Counted from the first letter of the stretch, positions 46,712 through 55,749 are shown. The stretch is 64,000 nt of DNA from Pseudomonadota bacterium (GCA_023386635.1 JAEWJH010000110.1:20044-84043), one strand, 5' to 3'. Numbers and translations: made by a program. Notes: generated by a model from the letters alone, not told the origin.

Positions 46712-48310
46712 CTACCCCTCCGCGCGCAGCGCATTGCGCTGGATCTTGCCCGTCACCGTGCGCGGCAGCGCGGCGCGGTATTCGATCGCGCGGGGATATT
46801 TGTACGGCGCGATGGTGTTGCGCACCGTGTCCTGCAGCGCCTGCGTCAGCGTCGGGTCGCCGGCGACGCCCGGCGCCAGCACGATGAACGCCTTGACGAT
46901 CTGCCCGCGCGCGGCATCCGGCACGCCGACCACCGCGCATTCCGCCACCGCCGGATGGTCGAGCAGCACCTCCTCAACCTCCGCGCCGGAGATGTTGTAG
47001 CCGGACGAGACGATCATGTCGTCGGTGCGCGCGTGATACCAGAACCGGCCGGCCTCATCCTCGGTGAAGGCGTCACCCGTGAGATTCCAGCCGTCGCGCA
47101 CATAGGTGTGCTGCCGCGCGGCATCGTCGAGATAGCGGCAGCCGGTCGGCGCGCGCACCGCGAGCTTGCCGACGGTGCCGGGCGGCACGGTGTTCATCGC
47201 CTCGTCGACCACGCGCGCTTCGCAGCCGGGCAGCGGCCGCCCGCAGGGGCCCGGCGCCGCTTCATCCGCCGGCATCGCCAGGAACGCGTGCAGCATCTCG
47301 GTCGAGCCGATCGAGTTGCGGATGCGGTGTCCGGTGGCGCGGTGCCATTGCTCCCACACCGCCGCCGGCAGATGCTCGCCCGACGACACGCAGGTTTTCA
47401 GCGAGGCGAGATCGTGCTGCGCGACGAGCGGCGTCATGGTCTTGTACAAGGTCGGCACGGTGAACAGCGTCGTCACCTTGCGCCGCGCGATCGCCTCCAT
47501 CAGCGCCGACGGCGTCGCCTGCTCCAGCAGCACCGACGACGCGCCATGCCGCAGCGGAAACAGCAGCATCGCGCCGAGGCCGAAGGTGAAGGCGAACGGC
47601 GCGCTGCCGGCGAACACGTCGTCCGGCGTCGTCTGCAATAGCGGCTGCCACATATCGCAGATCGCGAGAAGATCGCGATGAAAATGCATCGTCCCCTTGG
47701 CGTTGCCGGTGGTGCCCGAGGTGAAGGCGATCAGCGCGACGTCGTCCGCCGAGGCGATCACCGGAGCGAACGCCCCGCTCTGCCGCGCCATCCGCGCCGC
47801 GAGCCCGTCCGCGCGCGAGTCATTATAATAGAGCGCCGTCAGCGGCGCGCCGACCGCATCGAGCTCGCCGCGCAGCGTGGCGTCGCAGAGCGCGAAAGCG
47901 ATTTTCGCCTTGTCGATGATGTAGCGCAATTCGCGCGCGCGCAGCAGCGGCATGGTGGCGACGACGATGCCGCCGGCTTTCACCACCGCGAGCCAGCAGG
48001 CGGCGAACATCGGCGAATTGGCGCCGCGCAGCAGCACGCGGTTGCCGGGTTGCAGCCCCTCGCCGACCAGCACCGCGGCGATGCGGTTGGCGCGATCGTT
48101 CAACTCCGCGTAGCTCCACTGTTCCGTCAGGCTCGCCATGGCCGGCCGCGCGCCATGGCCGGCGGCGATGGCGCGGTCGATCAGTTCCGCGGCGGCGTTC
48201 ATCCGCGCCGGATAGGCACCCAGCGGCGGCGGATTGAACACCGGCCACGCGTCCCGCGGCGGCAGATGGTCGCGCGCAAAGGTGTCCGGATAGGCGGAAG
48301 GCTGGAGCAT
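46712..48310 (-). CDS. AMP-dependent acyl/aryl-CoA ligase (benzoate/2-aminobenzoate-CoA ligase-like)
   Basis: AMP-binding motif IAFTSGTTGNAKG, the YHARTDDMIVSSGYNI region, and a C-terminal TVTGKIQR. Confidence 0.85.
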   Translation of the reverse strand: MLQPSAYPDTFARDHLPPRDAWPVFNPPPLGAYPARMNAAAELIDRAIAAGHGARPAMASLTEQWSYAELNDRANRIAAVLVGEGLQPGNRVLLRGANSPMFAACWLAVVKAGGIVVATMPLLRARELRYIIDKAKIAFALCDATLRGELDAVGAPLTALYYNDSRADGLAARMARQSGAFAPVIASADDVALIAFTSGTTGNAKGTMHFHRDLLAICDMWQPLLQTTPDDVFAGSAPFAFTFGLGAMLLFPLRHGASSVLLEQATPSALMEAIARRKVTTLFTVPTLYKTMTPLVAQHDLASLKTCVSSGEHLPAAVWEQWHRATGHRIRNSIGSTEMLHAFLAMPADEAAPGPCGRPLPGCEARVVDEAMNTVPPGTVGKLAVRAPTGCRYLDDAARQHTYVRDGWNLTGDAFTEDEAGRFWYHARTDDMIVSSGYNISGAEVEEVLLDHPAVAECAVVGVPDAARGQIVKAFIVLAPGVAGDPTLTQALQDTVRNTIAPYKYPRAIEYRAALPRTVTGKIQRNALRAEG

Positions 48311-48340
48311 GAATGGTATCAACGGCGGGCCAACAACTCT

Positions 48341-48411
48341 GTCATCGCCGGGCTTGACCCGGCGATCCATCTTTCTCAAGAGAGTGATGCACGGGTCAAG
48401 CCTTGGGGCTG
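48341..48411. repeat. REP-like palindromic element (family B)
   Basis: The hairpin GTCATCGCCGGGCTTGACCCGGCGATCCAT is related to GTCATGCCCGGCTTTTGCCGGGCATCCAC at 49941. Confidence 0.7.
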
Positions 48412-48443
48412 CCCGCCCGCGATCAGGAAGCGAGACTTAATCC

Positions 48444-49889
48444 ATGTGGCGTCCGCCGGAGCGCATTCAGCATCAACCGAGCCACGGCCGCGTGCCGACG
48501 CAGGCGGAAGCCGCCGCCTCGCGCCTGTTCTCACCGGTCGCGATCGGCATGCTGACGCTCAAGCAGCGCACCTGGGTGCCGGCGATGGTGCCATGGCGCG
48601 CCACCGAGGACGGCTTCGTCACCGATAACGTCATCGACTGGTATGTCCGCTTCGCCAGGGGTCGCCCCGGCGCGATCGTGGTGGAGGCCACCGGCGTCCG
48701 CGACGTTCCGAGCGGCCCGCTGATGCGGATCGGTCACGACCGGTTCCTGCCCGGCCTCAAGCGCCTCACCGACGCGGTGCGCGAGGCGAGCGGCGGCGAG
48801 ACAAAACTGTTCATCCAGATCATCGACTTCCTGTCGATCCGCCGCCGCCCGGCGCGCGACAAGTTCTTCCAGCGCTTCCTCGCCATCACCGACGCGCACC
48901 GCGCGGCGTTGCAGATGACCGACGATGCGGAGATCCGCACCGCGCTCGCGGCGATGAAGGACGACGAACTCAAGGACATCCTCTCCGACCGCGAGCTGGA
49001 GGATTTGCAGTTCGGCGCGCGCGAGCGCGTCACCGACACGCATCTGCCGCATATCGCCGAGCTGCCGCGCGTGCTGCCCGGCCTGTTCGCCGACGCATCG
49101 CTGCGCGCGCAACAGGCGGGCTTCGACGGCGTCGAGCTGCATTACGCGCACGCCTATACGATGGCCTCGTTCCTCTCGCGCACCAACACCCGCACCGACG
49201 GTTATGGCGGCGCGCGCGAGAACCGCGTCAAGCTGCCGCTCGAAGTGTTCGCCGCCGTGCGCGACCGCGTCGGCAAGGATTACGCGGTCGGCTGCCGCTA
49301 TCTCGCCGAGGAATGCATCGACGGCGGCAACGAGGTCGACGACGCCGTCTTTTTCGGCGAAGCGTTCGCGCGCGCGGGCATGGATTTCCTCTCGACCTCG
49401 CGCGGCGGCAAGTTCGACGACGCCAAACAGCCCGGCGTCGGCGCCGCGGCTTATCCCTATACGGGGCCGAGCGGCTACGAATGCATGCCGCAATACATCT
49501 CCGATGCGCGCGGCCCGTTCGGCCGCAACATCGCGCCGACCAAAGCGGTGCGCGAGGCGATCCGCGCCGCCGGTCTGACGACGCCGGTGGTGTGCACCGG
49601 CGGCGTGCATAATTTCGAGATGGCGGAGAAGATGCTGGCCGACGGCGTGTGCGACATCGCCGGCGCGGCGCGCCAGGCGCTCGCCGATCCGGACTGGACG
49701 CGCAAGACGCAGATCGGTCGCGGCGCCGAGGTCCGCATCTGCGAATACACCAATTACTGCGAAGGCCTCGACCAGAAGCACAAGCCGGTGACCTGCCAGC
49801 TCTGGGACAAGGAGGCGCTCGACGCGCCGGACGCCAAGCGCACGTCGGACGGCAAGCGCCGCACCGTCGCGCCGGCGTGGGAGCCCTAG
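48444..49889 (+). CDS. NADH:flavin oxidoreductase (Old Yellow Enzyme family)
   Basis: LFSPVAIGMLTLKQR start, GFDGVELHYAHAYTMASFLS, and the RTDGYGGARENR motif. Confidence 0.85.
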   Translation: MWRPPERIQHQPSHGRVPTQAEAAASRLFSPVAIGMLTLKQRTWVPAMVPWRATEDGFVTDNVIDWYVRFARGRPGAIVVEATGVRDVPSGPLMRIGHDRFLPGLKRLTDAVREASGGETKLFIQIIDFLSIRRRPARDKFFQRFLAITDAHRAALQMTDDAEIRTALAAMKDDELKDILSDRELEDLQFGARERVTDTHLPHIAELPRVLPGLFADASLRAQQAGFDGVELHYAHAYTMASFLSRTNTRTDGYGGARENRVKLPLEVFAAVRDRVGKDYAVGCRYLAEECIDGGNEVDDAVFFGEAFARAGMDFLSTSRGGKFDDAKQPGVGAAAYPYTGPSGYECMPQYISDARGPFGRNIAPTKAVREAIRAAGLTTPVVCTGGVHNFEMAEKMLADGVCDIAGAARQALADPDWTRKTQIGRGAEVRICEYTNYCEGLDQKHKPVTCQLWDKEALDAPDAKRTSDGKRRTVAPAWEP

Positions 49890-49940
49890 GCACCGGAGCC
49901 TCAGCATGGGCGGACCGAATGGCCCGCCGCTCTCTCCGCC

Positions 49941-50029
49941 GTCATGCCCGGCTTTTGCCGGGCATCCACGTCTTACCTTCTGTCATGAAGACAAGACGTG
50001 GATGGCCGGGACTGCGCCCGGCCATGACG
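49941..50029. repeat. REP/MITE-like nested inverted repeat (family B)
   Basis: GTCATGCCCGGC..GCCGGGCATCCACGTCTT ... AAGACGTGGATGGCCGGG..CCCGGCCATGAC has three nested hairpins. Confidence 0.8.
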
Positions 50030-50048
50030 TAAGTGTGGCGGCCTCGCC

Positions 50049-50594
50049 CTACGGGGGCGTCGCCATCACCCGCCGCATCTCGCCCGCGATCACCGCCGCC
50101 AGTTCCTGTGCCAGCGATGCGCACCGCCCCTCGCGCGGGCAGCGTGCGAGATCGATCAGCGCCGCGCCGAGCATGTCGATGACTTTCACGTCGGCCTCCA
50201 CCGCGCGCCGCCCGGCCCGCGTCGCGCGCGCCACATGCGCGCGGTTGAGCGCCCGTGCCGCCGCCGCGTCGGTAAGATCGACCACCTGCCGCACGCGGCC
50301 GGCGATGCGCTGCGCCGCGGCCGGATCGAGCAGCGTCACGATGCCGGACACGCGGCTCTCGCGCGGCGACCAGCCGCCGTTGCGCGCACGGTTATAGATC
50401 GCGCGCTCGCTGAGGCCCGCCGCAGCGGCGATCTCGCGCACCGTCAGCGTCGATTGTTCATAGAGCAGCCGCAGGCTCGCCTTGAGATCGCGCGGATCGG
50501 GATCGGCGGGGGACGAAGCGGACGGATCGGAGGATACAGACTCGGCCAACAGACGCGCACGCGTCTTCAGCCGCAGCGATGCACGGCGGGGCAT
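50049..50594 (-). CDS. hypothetical HTH-containing protein
   Basis: High GC3 and an HTH-like segment, TLTVREIAAAAGLSERAIYNRARNGGW. No family recognised. Confidence 0.5.
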   Translation of the reverse strand: MPRRASLRLKTRARLLAESVSSDPSASSPADPDPRDLKASLRLLYEQSTLTVREIAAAAGLSERAIYNRARNGGWSPRESRVSGIVTLLDPAAAQRIAGRVRQVVDLTDAAAARALNRAHVARATRAGRRAVEADVKVIDMLGAALIDLARCPREGRCASLAQELAAVIAGEMRRVMATPP

Positions 50595-50665
50595 GATCGA
50601 ACTCGCAAGGATGGAGGATGCCGGAAGCCTAGCGCAGCAGCGTCACGCTGTAAAGGATTATTTTC

Positions 50666-51376
50666 TTATGCATTATCCGGCAGCGGAAACCAGTCGTCGC
50701 GCTGATAGTCGAAATACCGCGTCATCGCCGCGCCATTCCATTCATATTGCAGGTGCCGCTCCTGCACCGGCACGCCGACCACGTCCGGCCAGAACGCTGC
50801 GACGCATTTCCCCGAGGCATGGCGCACGCTCGGATAGACAATGCCGTCGCTTCCATCGCCCCGCCGCGCGCGGGCAAAACTCTGTCCCGCGGCATAAGAG
50901 TCCGGCGACAGGATCGCGGCGCGCTCTGTCTTCGACAGCGTCGCGACATCATCGAAGGCATGATCGATCGCGCCGATCAGCACGCGCATGGCCTCGCGGC
51001 GCGGCGGATCGTGCGCGTCGGCGGCAAAGCGCGCGAAGTGATAGGCCGTCTCGCAGATCGCGGTATCGAACGTGCTCGCCGCATAGAACACACCGAAACT
51101 CCCGTCGGAGAAACGCGAGCCTTTTGGATTGAGATGCGTAAACGACGCCATCACGAAGCTCGCGCCCGGCCCGCTGACGCGCCTCGTGGCCGGCACGAGA
51201 CTGATGTCGCCCACCGCGTCGCGCACGCGCGGATTGGTCGCCTGTTCGAGTTCAATCAGCGCTTCCCACACCAGCGGATCGTTCGACACGCGCTCGAACA
51301 GATCGATCGGCGGATAGCGGGACGCGATAATGCGCCACGCTTGTGACCACACGACTTGGCGTTGTTTCAGCGCCAC
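50666..51376 (-). CDS. RES-domain toxin (MbcT/ParT-like)
   Basis: R..E..S signature seen as GSRFSDGSFGVFY, ICETAYH and IVYPSVR. GTG start at 51376. Lies downstream of an Xre/DUF2384-type antitoxin. Confidence 0.85.
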   Translation of the reverse strand: MALKQRQVVWSQAWRIIASRYPPIDLFERVSNDPLVWEALIELEQATNPRVRDAVGDISLVPATRRVSGPGASFVMASFTHLNPKGSRFSDGSFGVFYAASTFDTAICETAYHFARFAADAHDPPRREAMRVLIGAIDHAFDDVATLSKTERAAILSPDSYAAGQSFARARRGDGSDGIVYPSVRHASGKCVAAFWPDVVGVPVQERHLQYEWNGAAMTRYFDYQRDDWFPLPDNA

Positions 51377-51380
51377 CGCG

Positions 51381-51436
51381 TTACGACCAAGGCTTTACGA
51401 CCAAGGCCTTACGACCAAGGCCTTACGACCATGGCG
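51381..51436. repeat. 14-bp tandem repeat x4 spanning the antitoxin stop codon
   Basis: Plus strand reads TTACGACCAAGGCT / TTACGACCAAGGCC / TTACGACCAAGGCC / TTACGACCATGGCG. The last unit encodes the antitoxin C-terminus PWS plus TAA. Confidence 0.95.
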
Positions 51437-51842
51437 CGCGTGCGGCGTCGAGATAAACGCGCACGGCAGCAAGATCGGTCACGTCACCGCCGGCCATGCG
51501 TTGCAGCGGCGTCTGGCCGCCGAAGAAGGCGTTGGGCCGCGTGACCCAGGAATCCGCCTGCGCCGGATCGGAATAGACGATCTGCAGCGCCTTCCAGATG
51601 CCGGCGACATAACCGATACGCCGCAGCACATCTTCCGGCAGCCGCATGGTCCGCCCGCCCTTCTTCCAGAGGAAGAACGTGCGCTGCGCCGGCGCGCCGA
51701 GCATGCGCCGCGCCGCGGCGTTGTCGACGCCCCAGCGCTCCATGATCGCGAAGAAGCCGGCCAGCGCCGCGGCCTGCCGATCGCCGGTCAGAGTCTCGGA
51801 CAAGGGGCGCGGGGCGGTTTGGGCGGTGGCGGATGTGATCAT
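51423..51842 (-). CDS. Xre-like/DUF2384 antitoxin (MbcA/ParS-like)
   Basis: The C-terminal region WVTRPNAFFGGQTPLQRMAGGDVTDLAAVRVYLD is typical of DUF2384 antitoxins of RES toxins. Start placed at ATG 51842 because the palindrome/promoter covers the upstream ORF part. Confidence 0.8.
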   Translation of the reverse strand: MITSATAQTAPRPLSETLTGDRQAAALAGFFAIMERWGVDNAAARRMLGAPAQRTFFLWKKGGRTMRLPEDVLRRIGYVAGIWKALQIVYSDPAQADSWVTRPNAFFGGQTPLQRMAGGDVTDLAAVRVYLDAARAPWS

Positions 51843-51853
51843 GAGGCGTCCAG

Positions 51854-51893
51854 TGCAGTTCTGCATAATATAGGTCAATTATGCGAAACTGCA
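51854..51893 (-). promoter_or_regulatory. nested palindrome overlapping a sigma70-like promoter of the RES/Xre operon
   Basis: Minus strand reads TGCAGTT-TC-GCATAAT-TGACCTAT-ATTATGC-AG-AACTGCA. TTGCAG (-35) and TATATT (-10) lie within it. Confidence 0.55.
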
Positions 51894-51944
51894 ATAAACG
51901 TAGGACAGGTAATTGGTTACCTAAGCGCTGCTAGGCGGCCGTCT

Positions 51945-52541
51945 TTACGGGCGCTGCCCCGCCGGCTTCTTCTTCACCGGCTCTTTCTTCGCAGCCTTCG
52001 GCACACGCCCCGGCCACTTCACGATGTGATCCTCAAGGTCGGCATCCGGCACGCCGCGCTCGGAGAAAATCGTGCGGCCGCGCAGCGACACGCCGGCCTC
52101 GTGCACGGTCTCCGCGCTGCCGGAGACGAGCGGATGCCACCACATCAGCTCCTTGCCTTCCGCCAGCAGCCGGTAGGCACAGGTCGGCGGCAGCCAGTTG
52201 AAGTCGGCAACCTCCTCCGGCGTGAGCTTGACGCAATCGGGCACTTTCTTCTGCCGGTTCTTGTAGTCGGAGCAGCGGCAGGTGCCGGCATCGAACAGCT
52301 TGCAGACGACATCGGTGAAGAAGATCTCCTTGGTGTCTTCTTCCTCGAGCTTGTTGAGGCAGCAGCGACCGCAGCCATCGCACAGGCTCTCCCACTCCAG
52401 CCGCGTCATCTGGTCGAGCCGCTTCGTCCGCCAGAACGGCAGCGGTGCGGTGTCGGCCACTGGCCGAGCGGCGCGCGCCGGCGCGGCAATCTGGTCGGAC
52501 AATCCGCGCGCCTTTCTCCCACGTCCAAGATGATCTGACAT
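51945..52541 (-). CDS. YcgN-family (UPF0260) cysteine-cluster protein
   Basis: [14 protein letters not shown]...GTCRCSDY...VPDCVKLTP...[10 protein letters not shown] is the YcgN pattern. Lys/Pro-rich C-terminal tail. Confidence 0.8.
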   Translation of the reverse strand: MSDHLGRGRKARGLSDQIAAPARAARPVADTAPLPFWRTKRLDQMTRLEWESLCDGCGRCCLNKLEEEDTKEIFFTDVVCKLFDAGTCRCSDYKNRQKKVPDCVKLTPEEVADFNWLPPTCAYRLLAEGKELMWWHPLVSGSAETVHEAGVSLRGRTIFSERGVPDADLEDHIVKWPGRVPKAAKKEPVKKKPAGQRP

Positions 52542-52634
52542 GGCCTCTGTCTAGGCGATTCCGCTGGAAAATGCGGGAGCTATAAATGGCCGGGTACGAT
52601 GGTGTGTAGCCACATCTTGACCAAAACGACGCTG

Positions 52635-52648
52635 GTGTATAAATACAC
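52635..52648 (+). promoter_or_regulatory. 14-bp perfect palindrome abutting the hicA start (putative HicB operator) with promoter-like hexamers
   Basis: GTGTATAAATACAC lies immediately 5' of ATG 52649. TTGACC lies about 15-17 nt upstream of TATAAA/TAAATA. Confidence 0.5.
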
Positions 52649-52846
52649 ATGCGCTCAGGCGACATTATCGCGAAGCTGGTCGAAGATGGCTGGGTTCAAG
52701 TCGCCCAGAAGGGCAGCCATCTTCAATTCAAACATCCGGTGAAGCGCGGGCGAGTGACCGTGCCGCATCCGAAAGCGGATATCCCGCTCGGAACGCTGAA
52801 GAGCATCGAGAAACAAGCCGGACTGATACTGAGGCCCCGACGGTGA
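52649..52846 (+). CDS. hicA: HicA family mRNA-interferase toxin
   Basis: LVEDGWVQVAQKGSHLQFKHP contains the conserved GSH..F motif. 65 aa, overlapping hicB by 4 nt. Confidence 0.9.
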   Translation: MRSGDIIAKLVEDGWVQVAQKGSHLQFKHPVKRGRVTVPHPKADIPLGTLKSIEKQAGLILRPRR

Positions 52847-53238
52847 CCCAATACATCGCGTTGATCCATAAGGATAAAAACAGCGACTACGGCGTCTCTT
52901 TCCCCGATCTGCCGGGAGTCATTACTGCTGGGAGCAGTTTGGATGAAGCCCGCGCGATGGCCGCCGAAGCCCTCGCTTTGCATCTTGCGGGCATGGAGGA
53001 AGACGGCGAGGCCCTGCCCGCGCCCTCCTCTCTTGAAGATGTGATGGCGATCGCCGAAAACCGGCAAGCCGTGGCGGCGCTGATCGAAGTCCCGACTGCC
53101 GCGCCCCGAAGCGTTCGGGTTAACGTGACGATCCCCTCCGACGTGCTGGAGGAAATCGACCGGCGTGCCGAGCAGGAAGGCTTTACGCGTTCCGGCTTCC
53201 TGACGCAGGCGGCACGAAAGTCGCTGGCCGCCGCCTGA
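52843..53238 (+). CDS. hicB: HicB family antitoxin with C-terminal RHH
   Basis: YIALIHKDKNSDYGVSFPDLPGVITAGSSLDEA is the HicB N-domain. The C-terminal IPSDVLEEIDRRAEQEGFTRSGFL is ribbon-helix-helix. Confidence 0.9.
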   Translation: MTQYIALIHKDKNSDYGVSFPDLPGVITAGSSLDEARAMAAEALALHLAGMEEDGEALPAPSSLEDVMAIAENRQAVAALIEVPTAAPRSVRVNVTIPSDVLEEIDRRAEQEGFTRSGFLTQAARKSLAAA

Positions 53239-53429
53239 CTCCAGGATCCGACGTTCGGCCGCCCCCAATTCCGCCCCATTTCCGTTCACCTTGAGGACCT
53301 TGCGGCATGGTCCGGGGGGTGCGGATCGGCTAAACAGAGGCTTGGGATTCCGCCGGCCGGCACGCCGCCGGGCGGCACAATCCGGTCGGCATGATCCGGC
53401 CGAACACCGTCTAGGACCTGGAACCGCCC

Positions 53430-55676
53430 GTGCGCCATTGGCTCCCCGAAGACTGGCTCGCCTCGCTGCGGCGCTTCCTGCTCGACTTCGACTCGCGCGT
53501 CGACTCCTCGATGTTCCAGAGCGGCAAGGCCGCGCGCGAAGGCTTCGAGCGCTATTCCACCTTCATGGACCGCTTCCACACCGCCGGCTGGCGGCGCTGG
53601 ATCAACGAGGGCCTGTCGGAATGCGCCAATATCGGCACCGTCGGCCTGACGCTGATGCTGGCGCTGGCGATCCCGGCGTTTCAGGAAACCTCCGACGGCG
53701 ACTGGCTGAAGAAGTCCGACCTCGCGGTGACGTTCCTCGACCGCTACGGCAACGAGGTCGGCTCGCGCGGCATCAAGCACAATGACTCGATCCCGCTGGA
53801 AGAGTTTCCCGATCATCTGATCAAGGCGACCATCGCCACCGAGGACCGGCGCTTCTACGAGCATTTCGGCATCGACATCGCCGGCACGTTCCGCGCGCTC
53901 GCCACCAACGCGAAAGCCGGCGGCGTCGTGCAGGGCGGCTCGTCCCTGTCGCAGCAGCTCGCGAAGAACCTGTTTCTCTCGAACGAGCGCACCATCGAAC
54001 GCAAGGTGAAGGAAGCGTTCCTCGCCATGTGGCTCGAGGCGCATCTCACCAAGAACGAGATCCTGAAACTCTATCTCGACCGCGCCTATATGGGCGGCGG
54101 CGCGTTCGGCGTCGACGCGGCGGCGCAGTTCTATTTCAACAAGTCGGCGCGCGACGTGACCCTCGCGGAAGCGGCGATGCTCGCCGGCCTGTTCAAGGCG
54201 CCCACCAAGTTCGCGCCGCACGTCAACCTGCCGGCCGCGCGCGCCCGCGCCAATGTGGTACTCGACAATCTGGTGGAAGCCGGTTTCATGACCGAGGGCC
54301 AGGTGTTCGGCGCGCGGCGCAATCCGGCGAGCGTGGTCGACCGCCGCGACGAGCGGTCGCCGAACTATTATCTCGACTACGCCTTCGACGAGATGAAGAA
54401 GATCGTCGATACGTTCCCGAAGTCGATGACCGAGCGCGTGTTCATCGTCCGCACCGGGCTCGACAACAACATCCAGCGCGTCGCGGAAGACGCGATCGAG
54501 AATTCGCTGCGGCAGTTCGGGCAGGATTATCACGTCAAGCAGGCCGGCACGGTGGTGACCGACGTGTCGGACGGTTCGATCCGCGCCATCGTCGGCGGCC
54601 GCGACTACGGCGCGAGCCAGTTCAACCGCGCGGTCGATGCGCTGCGGCAGCCGGGTTCGTCGTTCAAGCCGTATGTCTATGCGACGGCGCTGGAGAACGG
54701 GTTCAAGCCGTCGTCGATCGTTGTCGATGCGCCCATTTGTCTCGGCAACTGGTGCCCGCAGAACTACGGCCGGTCCTATGCCGGTTCGATCACGCTGCTG
54801 ACCGCGATCACCAAGTCGATCAACACGATCCCGATCCGGCTGTCGCTCGCGCTCGGCAACGGCAACGCCAAGGCCGGCCGCGCCAAGATCGTCAAGACCG
54901 CGCGCGACATGGGCATCCGCACGCCGCTGATCGATACGCCGTCGCTGCCGATCGGCGCCGCCGAAGTCACGATCCTCGATCACGTCGGCGCGTATGGCAC
55001 GTTCCCGCGCGAGGGCAGGATGATCCCGGCGCACGCGATCCTCGAAGTGCGCACCGGCAACGGCGAGACGGTGTGGCGGTTCGACCGCGACGGGCCGAAG
55101 CCGAAGCAGGTGATCCCCGCCTCCGTCGCCCGCGACATGAACATGATGATGAACTCCGTGGTCGAGAACGGCACCGCCCGCCGCGCCCGCCTCGATGGAG
55201 TGCAGGTGGCGGGCAAGACGGGCACCACCAACGGCTATCGCGATGCGTGGTTCATGGGCTTCACCGGCAACTATGTCTGCGGCGTCTGGTTCGGCAACGA
55301 CGACTACGCGCCGATGAATAAGATGACCGGCGGCTCGCTGCCGGCGATGACCTGGCACGCGATCATGGAATACGCGCATCAGGGCATCGAGATCAAAACC
55401 ATTCCCGGCGTGCCGGCGCTGCAGCGCCGCGAGCCGCTGGTCGCCGCCAACACCAGCGCGAAGAAGACCGAGCCGGCGCCGGAGCGCCCGCCGACGCTGA
55501 CGCGCAAGGCGGCGGATATCCTGGTGCGGGTCGAGCGGATGATGGACGACGCGACCCGCGCGCTGCCACCCACCGCCGCCTCCGGCCAGGCCCCGCAACG
55601 CAGTTCGGCGCTGCCGCAACCCGGCGCGGTGGCGAGCGCGCAGGCATCGACCCCGTCGGCCGTGCAAAGACAATAA
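53430..55676 (+). CDS. class A penicillin-binding protein (PBP1A family transglycosylase/transpeptidase)
   Basis: GT51 motifs EDRRFYEHFGID and GGSSLSQQLAKN; transpeptidase motifs SSFKP and KTGTT. Confidence 0.9.
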   Translation: MRHWLPEDWLASLRRFLLDFDSRVDSSMFQSGKAAREGFERYSTFMDRFHTAGWRRWINEGLSECANIGTVGLTLMLALAIPAFQETSDGDWLKKSDLAVTFLDRYGNEVGSRGIKHNDSIPLEEFPDHLIKATIATEDRRFYEHFGIDIAGTFRALATNAKAGGVVQGGSSLSQQLAKNLFLSNERTIERKVKEAFLAMWLEAHLTKNEILKLYLDRAYMGGGAFGVDAAAQFYFNKSARDVTLAEAAMLAGLFKAPTKFAPHVNLPAARARANVVLDNLVEAGFMTEGQVFGARRNPASVVDRRDERSPNYYLDYAFDEMKKIVDTFPKSMTERVFIVRTGLDNNIQRVAEDAIENSLRQFGQDYHVKQAGTVVTDVSDGSIRAIVGGRDYGASQFNRAVDALRQPGSSFKPYVYATALENGFKPSSIVVDAPICLGNWCPQNYGRSYAGSITLLTAITKSINTIPIRLSLALGNGNAKAGRAKIVKTARDMGIRTPLIDTPSLPIGAAEVTILDHVGAYGTFPREGRMIPAHAILEVRTGNGETVWRFDRDGPKPKQVIPASVARDMNMMMNSVVENGTARRARLDGVQVAGKTGTTNGYRDAWFMGFTGNYVCGVWFGNDDYAPMNKMTGGSLPAMTWHAIMEYAHQGIEIKTIPGVPALQRREPLVAANTSAKKTEPAPERPPTLTRKAADILVRVERMMDDATRALPPTAASGQAPQRSSALPQPGAVASAQASTPSAVQRQ

Positions 55677-55749
55677 TCGCTGCGCTGGCTATCATCCCTC
55701 CGGATTCGCTGACCTCTCCCTGTTTTCAGCCCGTTGATTTGGACCGACC

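Noticed and set aside
49906-50397. 163-aa plus-strand ORF starting in the REP element
   Set aside because: The translation of the palindromic REP (PAFAGHPRLTF...) is a typical spurious peptide. The remainder is antisense to the HTH-protein gene.
51381-51436. Possible CRISPR array (also considered for 38200..38259)
   Set aside because: The repeats are directly abutting 14-15-bp units without spacers, only four copies each, and no cas genes are present. They are simple tandem repeats.
53286-55673. 795-aa ORF antisense to the PBP gene
   Set aside because: Arg-rich low-complexity translation. The plus strand has the GT51 and SxxK/KTG motifs.
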